Below are positions 9,801 to 19,676 of a stretch of DNA of 64,000 bases, piece by piece. The notes beneath the pieces are model-generated. The model worked only from the letters and a program-made list of their open reading frames with translations, was not told the DNA's origin and did not search any database. Numbering within the stretch: position 1 is the first letter of the stretch; every line of letters begins with the position of its first letter. The DNA is taken from positions 90,413 to 154,412 of IMG/VR virus record IMGVR_UViG_3300001598_000033; one strand, given 5' to 3'. This stretch comes from a virus (taxonomy: Duplodnaviria > Caudoviricetes). The position numbers were made by a program, and so were the translations under genes.

Positions 9801-11083
9801 ACCCAACCTTTGATGCCTTTGCTTGATGCTGATTCTAATTTCTTAACCTGTTTTGATATAATATCACTCAATTTAGCATTAACAGATAATCTTGCATTAT
9901 AAATAGCATTTTTACCTGCTTGTCCTATAGTTTTAGCTAATACAGTGCTTTTCTCTATACCTTTACCAAATAAATATGATTGGGTAGAATGTGATGCTAT
10001 TTGACCTAATGTATTAAAATACCCATTTCCATTAATATATGATGAGACACTTTGAGATGCCATTCCTCTCATACTTAAATCATTTCCACCCATAAATGAA
10101 TCTTTAAGGGTTTGTGCTAAAGGTTGTAATGTACTTGATATTAAACCTCCTGTTGATTTTAGGAGTTTCCCAAATTCACTACTATCCAGAGTGAGAGCGC
10201 CATAGGTTAAAGCCGCAATAATTACGGCACCTAATTTATGTTTTGCTAAAAATCCCAATACTTTATGTTTAGCTAGAAACGCTTTCATTTTATCTGCGTT
10301 CTTAGCAACCACAGCTTTTGATGATCTCACTTCAGATGATAGTGCTTTACCAGTTGCTCTAGCTGTAGCTACTGTAGCCATACCTTTTGCTATATTTCTA
10401 ATACCTAAATATTGGAACAATGGTCCAAAGAAAGATTCACCATTATCATTATCATTTGGCAAAAATATAGGAGATGAACCTTCAGAACCACCTTCATTAA
10501 CATTAATAACTACAGTTTGGTCTTTCTTCTTATGTTTAATATCCTGTTGTACAATGAAATGATGTTGGATTTTCTCCATTACTTTATACATCTTTTCTTG
10601 TATAAGAGAAATTCTTTTAACTGAATTACCACCAATATCACTGAACATTTGGCTTTCAACTAAGGATCTTTGTAGGTCTAATAATGCTGATAAATCAGTT
10701 TGAAATAAAGAATTTAACCTAATATCAAATTCTCTCATATTATTAATATTAAATAAAGTAGCTCTAAAATCCTCAGCTATTCGGTTCAATTCTTTACTTA
10801 ACGAATTACTATCAGTGATTCTTTTTTCAATTTCCTTATGATTTATTTTTTCCTTTTTGAAATCATTTTTAACCCATACCTGAGGAACTTTTTGATTTGC
10901 ATTTTGTGCTTTCAATAAGTCTTGAATTGCCTTTAAGGATTTATCAGTATCACTTTTATTTTTATTAAAAATACTACCCTTAACACTTACTGTTCCGTTA
11001 GAACTTCCTTTATTCATAAATCTGGTATATGAATTAGGATCTTTAAGTGCTCTAAGTAACTGTTTCTGTATTATATCAGCCAT
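6845..11083 (-). CDS. Tape-measure/baseplate hub-like protein with C-terminal lytic transglycosylase (SLT) domain
   Basis: 1412 aa; helical N-half with hydrophobic Gly/Ala segments; KESGG...SSATGLFQF..ATW and YMAHQQGAGG SLT motifs; follows hub genes. Confidence 0.7.
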   Translation of the reverse strand: MADIIQKQLLRALKDPNSYTRFMNKGSSNGTVSVKGSIFNKNKSDTDKSLKAIQDLLKAQNANQKVPQVWVKNDFKKEKINHKEIEKRITDSNSLSKELNRIAEDFRATLFNINNMREFDIRLNSLFQTDLSALLDLQRSLVESQMFSDIGGNSVKRISLIQEKMYKVMEKIQHHFIVQQDIKHKKKDQTVVINVNEGGSEGSSPIFLPNDNDNGESFFGPLFQYLGIRNIAKGMATVATARATGKALSSEVRSSKAVVAKNADKMKAFLAKHKVLGFLAKHKLGAVIIAALTYGALTLDSSEFGKLLKSTGGLISSTLQPLAQTLKDSFMGGNDLSMRGMASQSVSSYINGNGYFNTLGQIASHSTQSYLFGKGIEKSTVLAKTIGQAGKNAIYNARLSVNAKLSDIISKQVKKLESASSKGIKGWVKGTARDLFDMADDKLVKRYLNTSELQKTVNYKGFSNQLRKNRLLQKMVKKVPVIGVGAGCLFSVPDIINFFSVDMDKQINHALEILKRDESRFKDKARYQEICKKIISNMESSRKWWLATIMESITLSAINIGVGAGTGGIGLVVSVLVTSVLDALFDWVRDVWLGFDFDLIDFDNPYTFISQEDLVKATTVSFLLNGSNIRIEDIKEEFRRSGDARAVATQSGVNAIIRRINGQRVVKYDFSNTFVKKPGWSGSVTTARVNWGLTVLCLNAFRSGLHYKDNTIKNNALEPHSFILGGDETIEKYGDDVISVSGGQSAIYYPKMEGGEGLYQPITNGNLTASKILTGDEASSVLLIKNIIYSLLFLYTISMLFRNNINIKLRDEIKNFINGKNTYIGFRKEWVLAVEFLRFNYAGYPGDKWKGVSNEIEFLRKNIAPNVVNSLNDVNSWCQNNEGLTQVIKSYSLIYLLYRFKYRNSNNTNIREALNKIDVETVRTMVEILRSPEDWDKIYDYYDKNKENITEITKGESLYIGSDLKLNNTSSFKNEVIKGVDITNPGSGYESLKFGNIGIDYDLGEYIELDSSLKDDGNYINKVKLAGAITQEALKTNNNASLAIAEVCLAYADAYNKNMPDNRKIKLDNLDDIVKNYHKALMQMLQDNKGENKKYINELSTMDDKSISKEDIIKVVNKLVVTQPNNNIAMARVDNINGNVMDSEYRGKLSEGVLKSSGINYISDKNYFGNTNPTIGKVDNNYGNGNVSGEFDLNSVMNSNIYDKGNGIYYSDDPFVQYVLNKESGGRANAKSPLSSATGLFQFTEATWADITKGKDFSLATDPYENFKAFKLLVKRNASILKNTGTPLTRYTMYMAHQQGAGGIANISKIASGKLKKGDKDYDKTMTNINKNVPPNLRRSGIWDTLSDQDKASNFLSAWEADANGTQVNVIRSGNTEADMQEDAVKNDDGVSDALFITDIMNDMLFGTQLCM

Positions 11084-11108
11084 AATTATCTCGTTATTAT
11101 CCCTTTAG

Positions 11109-11867
11109 TTATCCAAAGTTAGGTGTTTGGGATTGAATTTCCTTTCGTCTTTTTTCTATTTCATTTTTTGTTTCTTCCAACAAACCATACTCTAATATTC
11201 GTTGTAATGGTGTCATTTCCATTAAATCACCTCTGGTTTGTCTTCCGTTATACACTAAAATATGTAAGAGTCTTGAAAGTGAATCAAAACTTTCATCCGA
11301 AATGAAATTTATTATTAATCTTTTATTAAAATCAAATTGGTTTTCTTTTCTACAATATTCACAAGGACATTTTTGTATAAAATTATATGTGTCTATATAC
11401 TTACCTATATTATTTTTAACATCATCATATAGGTCTAAATCCATATCTTCTATATCGCTAGGTGATACTATATCATCCACTTGTAAAATGCCTGCATATT
11501 CTTCATCAAATATACCTTTTATTTTACTGTTAGGAGTTTCAGCTAATTTGATCATATTATTTATATTAATTGTGGCTTCAGCAGGCTTACCACAATGTAA
11601 ACATTTAAATTTAACCTTTATTTCATCCCCTATAGAAATTTCTCTTATCTTTAATAATAATATTATTTTTTCTATATCGGTTAAACCATTAATATCAATA
11701 TTATTTTTAACTAAAAACTCATTTATAAAAGAGTCTACATCCTCTTCGGATAAATCCTCATGAATGTATAAAAACTCTAAGCAATCTAATTCATCTTTAG
11801 TTTTATATGATTCGATTTTAAAAGTTTTGCCGTTAAGATGTAAAATACTTTTCATTATAAATTCCAA
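11109..11867 (-). CDS. Baseplate hub assembly protein (gp26/gp51-like)
   Basis: LLKIREISIGD, CLHC and CPCEYC motifs; MEMTPLQRIL gp51-like tail. Confidence 0.6.
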   Translation of the reverse strand: MEFIMKSILHLNGKTFKIESYKTKDELDCLEFLYIHEDLSEEDVDSFINEFLVKNNIDINGLTDIEKIILLLKIREISIGDEIKVKFKCLHCGKPAEATININNMIKLAETPNSKIKGIFDEEYAGILQVDDIVSPSDIEDMDLDLYDDVKNNIGKYIDTYNFIQKCPCEYCRKENQFDFNKRLIINFISDESFDSLSRLLHILVYNGRQTRGDLMEMTPLQRILEYGLLEETKNEIEKRRKEIQSQTPNFG

Positions 11868-12751
11868 TCATTCCAGCTAGGTGGGTAAAAACCAGGCACA
11901 TCTTCAAAATTATATTTACTTATACTATGACATTCGGGGCATTCAATATCATTATCAATAACTGTCTTAAATCTAATTTTATTCCATTCTTCTACCAAAT
12001 TATCCGCAACGTCAGCATCTAAATCATCTATTAGTTTTATTACTTCAATTAAATTATCTCGGTCATTTACTTCTAAATCATCAATTTTCTTAATGTGTAA
12101 AATCATATCAGTCATAAACATTTGAAAATCGCTCAAATCATCTACATACATAAATTCATCGTAAATTTCTTGGCTTAACGGGCTACCAAATTCTACATTA
12201 ATGTCCTCATCACCATTCTTAACAACAATCTTTCCATTTAATTCATAATCACCGCCAGATGATTTTACAATATTTTCCAAGCGTATTTCTAATCTATGAA
12301 TATGTCCACAGTTAGGGCAAGAAAAATTATTAATTAAAGGTTTATGTACACTATCATATCTAATTTTATGTAATAGGAAATTAAATTCTTCATTATCAAT
12401 AATTGGGTTGTTTTGTAAACAATTATATACTAATGCATATTTCATATCAGTTATAGTCTTAGATTTATCCAAATACTTTTTATCCTTTACTTTCCATTTA
12501 CGGTACTTTATTTCGCCATTAGATAAATGAGCTTCACCAGGAGTTTCGTTTATACGTTTAGTAATATTACTTAATAAAGCTTTTTCGATTATAGGAGTAT
12601 CTACTACATCTGATGCTAAAGCTTCTGGAGTTTCTAAACCATATTTTTCTTGTAATTCCTTTAAGGAATTTTTAATATCCTCAGGTAATTCAGTTTTTAA
12701 ATCGATAACTTCTGCACCTTCAGGTAATTCAATATTTTCTAATTCTGACAT
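11855..12751 (-). CDS. Baseplate hub assembly protein (gp26-like)
   Basis: IKYRKWKVKD, LLHKIR..SV, CPNCG and CPEC motifs. Confidence 0.6.
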   Translation of the reverse strand: MSELENIELPEGAEVIDLKTELPEDIKNSLKELQEKYGLETPEALASDVVDTPIIEKALLSNITKRINETPGEAHLSNGEIKYRKWKVKDKKYLDKSKTITDMKYALVYNCLQNNPIIDNEEFNFLLHKIRYDSVHKPLINNFSCPNCGHIHRLEIRLENIVKSSGGDYELNGKIVVKNGDEDINVEFGSPLSQEIYDEFMYVDDLSDFQMFMTDMILHIKKIDDLEVNDRDNLIEVIKLIDDLDADVADNLVEEWNKIRFKTVIDNDIECPECHSISKYNFEDVPGFYPPSWNDWNL

Positions 12752-12814
12752 TTAAAAATCCTTATATTAATAATTTTATTTAATATTTATTATATAATAT
12801 AAAACGAATTTTTT

Positions 12815-13384
12815 TTATAAAACATTGCTCACAGTTGAATCTAAATTATCCTTAGTATTCTTATTGATTATTATTTTTGGAGTTTGTATACTTATAGAAA
12901 ATGTTAATATAGTCCCAGAACCTTCAGAACTAGCATTTAAGTCTAATTGGGATACATTATTAACAACACAATCTGTTATTTTAGCTATAGGAAATTCTTT
13001 TTCATTTGCATTATCAGGTAATTTAATAAAAGTAACATCAAATTTATAATCATCTAAATATTGATCAAGTTGATCAATAAAATGACTAGACCAAAATCGA
13101 TATAATTCCAATTGATCGTGATCTAAAAAATCTATAGATACAGTCATTATTTCCACAGTACTCATAGTTTGGAAATTTCTATGATCTATCCATTGTACAT
13201 CTGGAGTCGCTGATAAAGCAGGTATATTGGCCTTTACCAAATACACTTCATTTTCACCATCAGTACCGTTTAGTTTATTTGATTTTTCTGGATTATTAAA
13301 ATTAAATATACATTTAAATGTATTATTAAATGACCAGTTTGTATTCTTTAATTTACTATAAGCGCTTGATAATTTTGAAGCCAT
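12815..13384 (-). CDS. Tail tube (gp19/gp54-like) paralogue
   Basis: KANIPA, FLDHDQLELYRFW, VSQLDL...ILTFSISI tube-fold motifs; likely start MASKLS at 13384 with SD AAAGG. Confidence 0.6.
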   Translation of the reverse strand: MASKLSSAYSKLKNTNWSFNNTFKCIFNFNNPEKSNKLNGTDGENEVYLVKANIPALSATPDVQWIDHRNFQTMSTVEIMTVSIDFLDHDQLELYRFWSSHFIDQLDQYLDDYKFDVTFIKLPDNANEKEFPIAKITDCVVNNVSQLDLNASSEGSGTILTFSISIQTPKIIINKNTKDNLDSTVSNVL

Positions 13385-13410
13385 ATATAAACCTTTTTTA
13401 TTAAATATAT

Positions 13411-13422
13411 TATTTATAAATA
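13411..13422. promoter_or_regulatory. Overlapping divergent late promoters (palindrome TATTTATAAATA)
   Basis: TATAAATA on both strands between divergent tail genes. Confidence 0.65.
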
Positions 13423-13439
13423 TATAAGAGGTAAAATAT

Positions 13440-14015
13440 ATGTCCAATTATCAAGATTTAATGAGAAAATATTTAGGTGATGGAGCGAGAAATACAAGAT
13501 TTGATATTAAGTTGAATATTCCATCTAAAATAGACAATTCTTATAATGATCCTAGAGCTTTATCCATAATGTGCAAATCTACTAATTTACCTAATAGGAC
13601 TATACAAACACAAAATATTGTATTTAGGGGTAGAAGCATTCCTGTTCCAGTATCCACAAAATATAGTAATACATGGACTTGTACTTTTTATAATGATGAA
13701 AATCATAATATGAGAAGAATGTTTGAGTTATGGTTAGATGCTGTTGATTCTAAAAATGAGTATACTTCATTCACAGATGAAATGAAAGGGCTAATCGGGA
13801 ATGATTATATAAAGGATGAAATAAAAATTGAACAATACTCAAGTACCTCTAATGATTTAGAATCAGCTACTCCCACTGCAGTATGGACATTATATGGGGT
13901 ATATCCCACAGATGTATCTTCTATAGAACTGGGTTCTGAATCAGAAGCAATAGAAGAATTTACAGTAACATTTTCATATACATATTATGAAATAGATATT
14001 AAAGGAAATGAATAA
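13440..14015 (+). CDS. Tail tube protein gp19 paralogue
   Basis: GARNTRF, CKSTNLP, WTCTFYNDE, YPTDVSSIEL, IEEFTVTFSY. Confidence 0.8.
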   Translation: MSNYQDLMRKYLGDGARNTRFDIKLNIPSKIDNSYNDPRALSIMCKSTNLPNRTIQTQNIVFRGRSIPVPVSTKYSNTWTCTFYNDENHNMRRMFELWLDAVDSKNEYTSFTDEMKGLIGNDYIKDEIKIEQYSSTSNDLESATPTAVWTLYGVYPTDVSSIELGSESEAIEEFTVTFSYTYYEIDIKGNE

Positions 14016-14569
14016 TGAACCCTATATCACAAGTAAAATCAGCATTAGCAGGTGGCTTGTTTAAAAATAAATTTAAGATATTTTTTAATGCACCAAAGAA
14101 TGATACTAAAAGTAATAATATATCTGAAAGTAATTATGATGATGTTTTAGATGTGTTATGTACTAATGTTGCCTTTCCTACCCGCAAAGTAAATACAGTG
14201 ACTATGTTCCACAGGGGTAGAAAATTAATACTAAGAGGTATAGAAGAAAATCAGGATACAATGTCCGTTACAATAATGGAAGATAATCGATGCTCTGTTA
14301 GGAGACTTTTTGAAAATTGGTTGATGGGTGTGGATTCTCAAGTAAAGAATTCTAATTGGGACGGATACACAACCACTATGAAAATAGTTGAATTAAATCA
14401 TGAGCAAGATCCTATATTTGGATACGAATTTACTGATTGTTTTATTACAGAAATAGGCTCGGTTGATTTTTCTGATAGTTCTCAAAACGAATTAGTTTCA
14501 TATAATATTAGTTTTGCTTATTCTAAGTGTTATCCTATTAGTAGTGCTGACTTAAATAGTTTGAAATAA
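14015..14569 (+). CDS. Tail tube protein gp19 paralogue
   Basis: LCTNVAFP, HRGRKL, VRRLFENW, YNISFAY. Confidence 0.75.
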   Translation: MNPISQVKSALAGGLFKNKFKIFFNAPKNDTKSNNISESNYDDVLDVLCTNVAFPTRKVNTVTMFHRGRKLILRGIEENQDTMSVTIMEDNRCSVRRLFENWLMGVDSQVKNSNWDGYTTTMKIVELNHEQDPIFGYEFTDCFITEIGSVDFSDSSQNELVSYNISFAYSKCYPISSADLNSLK

Positions 14570-14627
14570 TAAAAAATTATATAATATTATAAATATAAAT
14601 AAAATATATTTTTATATGAGGTTTTAA

Positions 14628-15224
14628 ATGACAAATCGTATTTCAGAAATTAAAGCCAAAATTGGTGCTGGTGCAAGACCGAACAAATTTATGGTTTATA
14701 TTACATTTCCTCAGAACCTAGATGTAGGTAGTACTAATTTAGAAAATGATGCCGCAATTTTATGCAAAGCTTCTTCTATTCCAGATAAGACTATTGGCGT
14801 TATCGAAGTATGGAATCAAGGTCGTAAATATAATTTACCTGGTGATACTACATTTACAGGAACTTGGGATTGTACATTCTACAACACAGAAGAACATAAT
14901 CTTCGTAGAGCATTTTTAGCTTGGCAAAAGGCTATGGACCATGCTCAAACTGGTACTCATACAGGTAACCCTGCTTCATTGCAAACAACAATGAAGGTAG
15001 CTCAGTTAGATTCAGCAGAAAATGAAACTGTGGTTTATGAATTACATAATGTTTACCCTACATCAGTAGCTACTATTTCATTAGATCAAGCTGGTGTGGA
15101 TCAGTTAGAAGAATATAATGTAACATTTAGTTATAGTGATTGGGTAATTGGTGATGATGAAGATAATGACCAACCTGCTAAATTTACTAGTGCTACTAAG
15201 AATGATGTAGCATTAAATAACTAA
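14628..15224 (+). CDS. gp19: Major tail tube protein
   Basis: GARPNKF, CKASSIP, GRKYNLPGD, WDCTFYN, EEYNVTFSYSDW; tandem late promoters at 14588/14594. Confidence 0.85.
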   Translation: MTNRISEIKAKIGAGARPNKFMVYITFPQNLDVGSTNLENDAAILCKASSIPDKTIGVIEVWNQGRKYNLPGDTTFTGTWDCTFYNTEEHNLRRAFLAWQKAMDHAQTGTHTGNPASLQTTMKVAQLDSAENETVVYELHNVYPTSVATISLDQAGVDQLEEYNVTFSYSDWVIGDDEDNDQPAKFTSATKNDVALNN

Positions 15225-15242
15225 TGTAATTAAGGATATAAA

Positions 15243-15908
15243 ATGAAAGAAGAAATTTTAAATTTAGTGAAGGGTAACCCTGATGGATTTGAAAAGGTTT
15301 TAAAGGAAGCCCTTGAAGAAAGACTTGTTAATCATCCTGCAATCCAAAAAGCTAAGAAAATCACACGTATTTATGAAGAAATTAATGCTTTAAATACTAG
15401 AGTACATGATCTTTTAATTGAAGCTAATACATTAATGAATGAATCTCATGAACCAAATGACCAAGATTTAGACTCTATTAAGTCACATGGTGATGTTGAA
15501 GATGTAGAAACTATTGAAGAAGGTAAGATGATGGGTTCTAAAGTGTTTAATTTTGACCCTGAATCAATTGGTTTACAAGATACTAATGATAACGTAGAAA
15601 AGATGGTTGTTAAGGATATGAAGGTATTAGATGGTACTGAAGCACCTAGTTCAATTCCTTTGTTCCAAGATGGTCCAGAATGGTTACAAGAACCTATTGT
15701 AGTAGGTAAACCTGAAGCTGGTGATACAGATATTACTTCTGGTGCTAAGTTGGATAACCAAACAATTGGTAAGACTAAATCATCTCAAGGTGAATTAGGA
15801 AGAGAAGCTGTAACAGGATTCGATTCTACATTTGATAATGTTACTAAAGTAAAAGTAATGAAATCTTTTACTAGTGATAATGATATTAGAGATTGGGATA
15901 AGGAATAA
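15243..15908 (+). CDS. Probable prohead core protein
   Basis: Acidic; several L/I/M-x-E sites; lies immediately upstream of gp21. Confidence 0.5.
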   Translation: MKEEILNLVKGNPDGFEKVLKEALEERLVNHPAIQKAKKITRIYEEINALNTRVHDLLIEANTLMNESHEPNDQDLDSIKSHGDVEDVETIEEGKMMGSKVFNFDPESIGLQDTNDNVEKMVVKDMKVLDGTEAPSSIPLFQDGPEWLQEPIVVGKPEAGDTDITSGAKLDNQTIGKTKSSQGELGREAVTGFDSTFDNVTKVKVMKSFTSDNDIRDWDKE

Positions 15909-15911
15909 TTT

Positions 15912-16568
15912 ATGGGTAGCTTGATGTTTGATGCTGATGCTCAACAGTTACAAATAGAGCGTGAAGAATCAATTAATGAAGCTACTGGTAAATCCGAAAA
16001 GAAATATAAGATTAAAGGTATATACTCTACTATAGCTGAAAAGAATAGAAATGGTAGAGTGTATCCTAGAAATCTTTGGGAATCGGAAGTTGCTTCTTAT
16101 CAAAATGAAATAAAAACAGGTTCTATTAATACATTAATGGAATATGAACACCCTGCAAGAACTGCTGTTGATCCAATGAAGGCTGTAGCTAAAATTGAAA
16201 AATTGTGGATTGATGGTAATTATGTAATGGGTGAATCAGTATTATTAGATAATCCTCAAGCAAACCAACTTAAATCATTAATTGACAATGGTGTGAAAAT
16301 CTCAGTTTCAAGTAGAGGTGTTGGGAATGTTCGAAATGGAATTGTGGAGTCATTCAAACTTATTACTTATGACGTTGTGCCTAATCCTAGCGACTATAAC
16401 GCAACAATGAATGGGATGTGTGAATCAATGCAGTTATGTGAAGGTGTAGTTCAAGGTAAGAACTTTGAATGCGACCAATTCGGTAACTTAATTGAATGTG
16501 AAAGTGTAGAAGATGTACAAAATGCTATTAGAGGGGCATTTGATGATTTTCTAAATAAAATTATTTAA
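15912..16568 (+). CDS. gp21: Prohead protease
   Basis: NRNGRVYP, EYEHP, VSSRGVG, YDVVPNPS motifs. Confidence 0.95.
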   Translation: MGSLMFDADAQQLQIEREESINEATGKSEKKYKIKGIYSTIAEKNRNGRVYPRNLWESEVASYQNEIKTGSINTLMEYEHPARTAVDPMKAVAKIEKLWIDGNYVMGESVLLDNPQANQLKSLIDNGVKISVSSRGVGNVRNGIVESFKLITYDVVPNPSDYNATMNGMCESMQLCEGVVQGKNFECDQFGNLIECESVEDVQNAIRGAFDDFLNKII

Positions 16569-16622
16569 TTATAATATTATAAATATAAATAAAATAAATT
16601 ATTAATATTGGAGAATTTCGAA

Positions 16623-17438
16623 ATGCTCGAAAATTTAAAAGAAAGTATAGGTGAAGCATTCACTGAGGACCTTCGAGAAGAACTTGAAGTAAAAATTCAG
16701 AAGGCAGTAGATACTAAAGCTGAAGTTAAGGTACAATCATTGATTGAAGCTAAGACTGAAGAACTTAATGAAGCTTGTGAAGAATATAAAGCACAGTTAG
16801 CTGAAGAAGCTCACAAAGCTGTAAATGATAAGATTACAGAAATCAATGAAATGGTTGATAAGTATGTAGATCATGTAGTTGCTGATTTTATTTCAGAACA
16901 TCAAGAGGTGTTTAAGGTAAATGAAGAAGATCTACGTGCAGAAGCAGTATTCCGTTGTTTAAGTAATGCTTGCTTATCAGCAGGTGTGGAAGCTCAAAGA
17001 ATCTCTGAAAGTATTTATGTACAAGACAGTTGCTGTCATTCAGGTATTAACTTAGGTATTAATGTAGATGAAAAGCGCATTTTAGAAAGTTTATTAAAAT
17101 CTCGTAAGGAATTAAATTTACTTAAGGAAGAAAATAGTAAGCTTATTAAGATGGGTATAATTGCTGAAATGTCTGAAGATTTAACACCTTCACAAGCTAA
17201 GGAATTTGCAGAGTTAGCTGAAGCAGTTGAATTTGTAAAAGATAAATCATTTGCCAATAAGCTAGAAGATATTAAGAATTCAATCTTAGAAAGTGAAGAT
17301 GAAGAAGATGAAGATGAAGAAGTAAATGAAAGTGTGGATATCGTTCGTAGTTTAAATGAAAGTATCAAAACACGTTCAAATAGCTCTACTAACTTAATGG
17401 TTGAATCATTCAGAGATAGAATGAAAGGTTTAGTTTAA
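16623..17438 (+). CDS. gp22: Prohead scaffold protein
   Basis: Acidic coiled coil between gp21 and gp23; VDKYVDHVV; ATG 16623 with SD GGAG; late promoters at 16578/16584. Confidence 0.8.
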   Translation: MLENLKESIGEAFTEDLREELEVKIQKAVDTKAEVKVQSLIEAKTEELNEACEEYKAQLAEEAHKAVNDKITEINEMVDKYVDHVVADFISEHQEVFKVNEEDLRAEAVFRCLSNACLSAGVEAQRISESIYVQDSCCHSGINLGINVDEKRILESLLKSRKELNLLKEENSKLIKMGIIAEMSEDLTPSQAKEFAELAEAVEFVKDKSFANKLEDIKNSILESEDEEDEDEEVNESVDIVRSLNESIKTRSNSSTNLMVESFRDRMKGLV

Positions 17439-17504
17439 AATTTATATAAATAAATATAAATATATTACAAAAGATTACAATTTTAATAAATAGGAGTTCC
17501 ATTA

Positions 17505-19007
17505 ATGGAAATGTTAAACGAAGCAGTACAAACTGCAGTATCAAATGAGTATGCAAAGGAAATTTTTGAATCATCTAAGTATGGTGAACAATTAACCGGT
17601 ACTCAACGCGATAATATGATTCAGTTATTTGAAAATACACAAGCTGAAGTAATGAAGCAATTAAGTGAAGGTACTTTAACTTCAGATATTGCTCAATTTA
17701 CACCAATCTTATTACCTATGGTTCGTCGTATTTACCCTCAATTAATTGCGAATGAATTATTAGGCGTACAACCTATGTCTATGCCTACAGGTTATATGTA
17801 TGCAATGGTTAACCAATACTTAGGTGATGGTTTACGTAAGGTTGAAGACCGTACACGTCCTGCTGGTGTTGTTTACACAGTTAGCGCATCAGATGCGGCT
17901 ACTATTGAAGCTGGTATTGGAGCTGGCACAATCCAAACTGGTGTTACTAAGGTATTAAATTCTGATGGTGATGCTGTTGGTACATTATTATATGTTGAAA
18001 AGGATGTTCGCACTAATGTATTAGGTGAAAATCAACACGTTGGTACTAAGATTTTAGCTACAATCGATGTAGATACATCATCTGTATTAGAACAAGACTT
18101 AGTATTAACTACTGGTGAAACATTCAGTTTAGGTACAGTTAGTGGTTTAACAGTAGTTGCTACTTACTCAAACGAAGCCGCATTTGCTCATATCCTTAAG
18201 AATTACACAGGTCCATATACTACAGTGGAAGCTGAACACTTAGGTGACGAAATAAGAGAAGTTGGTTTCAGTATCGCTCGTAAGAGTATCGAAGCTAAGT
18301 CTCGCGCGTTAAAAGCTAAATACACAGTTGAAGCATTCCAAGATTTAAATGCACAACATGGTTTAACTATGGACTCAGAATTAATGAGTACAATGCAATA
18401 TGAAATCCAATCTGAATTAGACCGTGAAATTGTTTCATTCGTTAAGAACAATTCTACATGGTTACCAGATATGCAATTTGGTACTCAAACTAACGTACAA
18501 ATTCCAGATGGTCGTTGGGAAATTGAACGTTACCGCGCTCAAGCTATCCGCATTGATAAGGAATCAGTACAAATTGGTTTAGATACAAAGCGTGGCCAAG
18601 GTAATATCTTATTAGTATCACCTAAGGTATGCACAATGTTAGAACAAGTTGGTTCATTCAACCCTGCACCTATTTCTTCTGATGTACGTCAACCAATTTC
18701 TGGTGGTGTAGCAGGTACATTCAATAACAAGTACAAGGTTGTAGTTGACCAATACGCTGATGATAACTATTGTACAGTATTATACAAGGGTGCATCTAAT
18801 AAGGACGCAATGGGTATGTTCTGTCCATACGTTCCATTATCATTCACTAAGGTAACTGACTACGTAACTGGTCAACCAGTAATCATTGCTAAGACTCGTT
18901 ATGCATTAGGTACAATTCCTGGTGTTGTTAACCCAGAATCTAATGACCGTGCTAAGTCATATGCTCGTAGCTTTGGTGTAAATTTTGCTAACACAATTTT
19001 AGCATAA
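17505..19007 (+). CDS. gp23: Major capsid protein
   Basis: LPMVRR..PQLIA, GVQPM..PTG, EAKSRALKAKYTVE, QDLNAQHG, CPYVPL, KTRY. Confidence 0.97.
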   Translation: MEMLNEAVQTAVSNEYAKEIFESSKYGEQLTGTQRDNMIQLFENTQAEVMKQLSEGTLTSDIAQFTPILLPMVRRIYPQLIANELLGVQPMSMPTGYMYAMVNQYLGDGLRKVEDRTRPAGVVYTVSASDAATIEAGIGAGTIQTGVTKVLNSDGDAVGTLLYVEKDVRTNVLGENQHVGTKILATIDVDTSSVLEQDLVLTTGETFSLGTVSGLTVVATYSNEAAFAHILKNYTGPYTTVEAEHLGDEIREVGFSIARKSIEAKSRALKAKYTVEAFQDLNAQHGLTMDSELMSTMQYEIQSELDREIVSFVKNNSTWLPDMQFGTQTNVQIPDGRWEIERYRAQAIRIDKESVQIGLDTKRGQGNILLVSPKVCTMLEQVGSFNPAPISSDVRQPISGGVAGTFNNKYKVVVDQYADDNYCTVLYKGASNKDAMGMFCPYVPLSFTKVTDYVTGQPVIIAKTRYALGTIPGVVNPESNDRAKSYARSFGVNFANTILA

Positions 19008-19050
19008 TTTAGAAATATAAATAAAATAATAAAGTTCATTAAATAATTTT

Positions 19051-19079
19051 AAATCCTATCGAAAGATAGGATTTTTTTT
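19051..19079 (+). terminator. Intrinsic terminator after gp23
   Basis: AAATCCTATC-GAAA-GATAGGATTT plus T run; same hairpin recurs at 45728 and, with a different loop, at 44354. Confidence 0.9.
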
Positions 19080-19140
19080 GTATTAATATTTTTATATATT
19101 AATTTTATATATTAATTATTATATAAGAAACTAAAATTTT

Positions 19141-19240
19141 TTTTCAAAAAATTAAAAAAAAGTGTTGATTTTTATTTTAAGTTATTATATAATATATACA
19201 TAAAGATAAGGAATTAAAGAAAATCTAAAAGGTAATTGAA
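19141..19240 (+). promoter_or_regulatory. Early sigma70 promoter cassette
   Basis: A tracts, TTGATT(19165)-17 nt-TATAAT(19188), conserved leader ATATACATAAAGATAAG. Confidence 0.85.
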
Positions 19241-19663
19241 ATGATTAAATTGGTTAAAACATTTACTTATAATGGTAGAGACTGCAGTATTTGTAAGGTA
19301 ACAGATGGTTTGACACAATGGCTAACTGCTTATGTTCACCTCCCAGAACTTACTGAATACTACGAAGATGAAATGGCCAGAGTTCCTGACTACATTGACC
19401 GTGTAGAGGAACCGTTGGATGATTACTTATTTAATGCTCCATTTGTATCATTTATAGGAATGTTTGACAGCACTAAAGTGGTAGGTTATGACCATGAAGT
19501 TGTTAGCGATAAAGTTTTTAGTGTTGGATTAGACTTAGCACACTTACAATATTTAGAACTAAATGATAAAATGTCTATTGATTTAGCTGAGTCACAATTA
19601 AAAGAAATTGTTGACTTTATTGAAGATAATTACAAAGAAATAGAAAACATTATTAAAGGATAA
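19241..19663 (+). CDS. Hypothetical early protein
   Basis: First ORF behind the early promoter; WLTAYV...GLDLAH. Confidence 0.7.
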   Translation: MIKLVKTFTYNGRDCSICKVTDGLTQWLTAYVHLPELTEYYEDEMARVPDYIDRVEEPLDDYLFNAPFVSFIGMFDSTKVVGYDHEVVSDKVFSVGLDLAHLQYLELNDKMSIDLAESQLKEIVDFIEDNYKEIENIIKG

Positions 19664-19676
19664 TATGGAGTAATAT

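Noticed and set aside
13385-13447. Extended N-terminus of ORF 12815..13447
   Set aside because: The extension spans the divergent promoter and overlaps the next gene; ATG 13384 has a proper SD.
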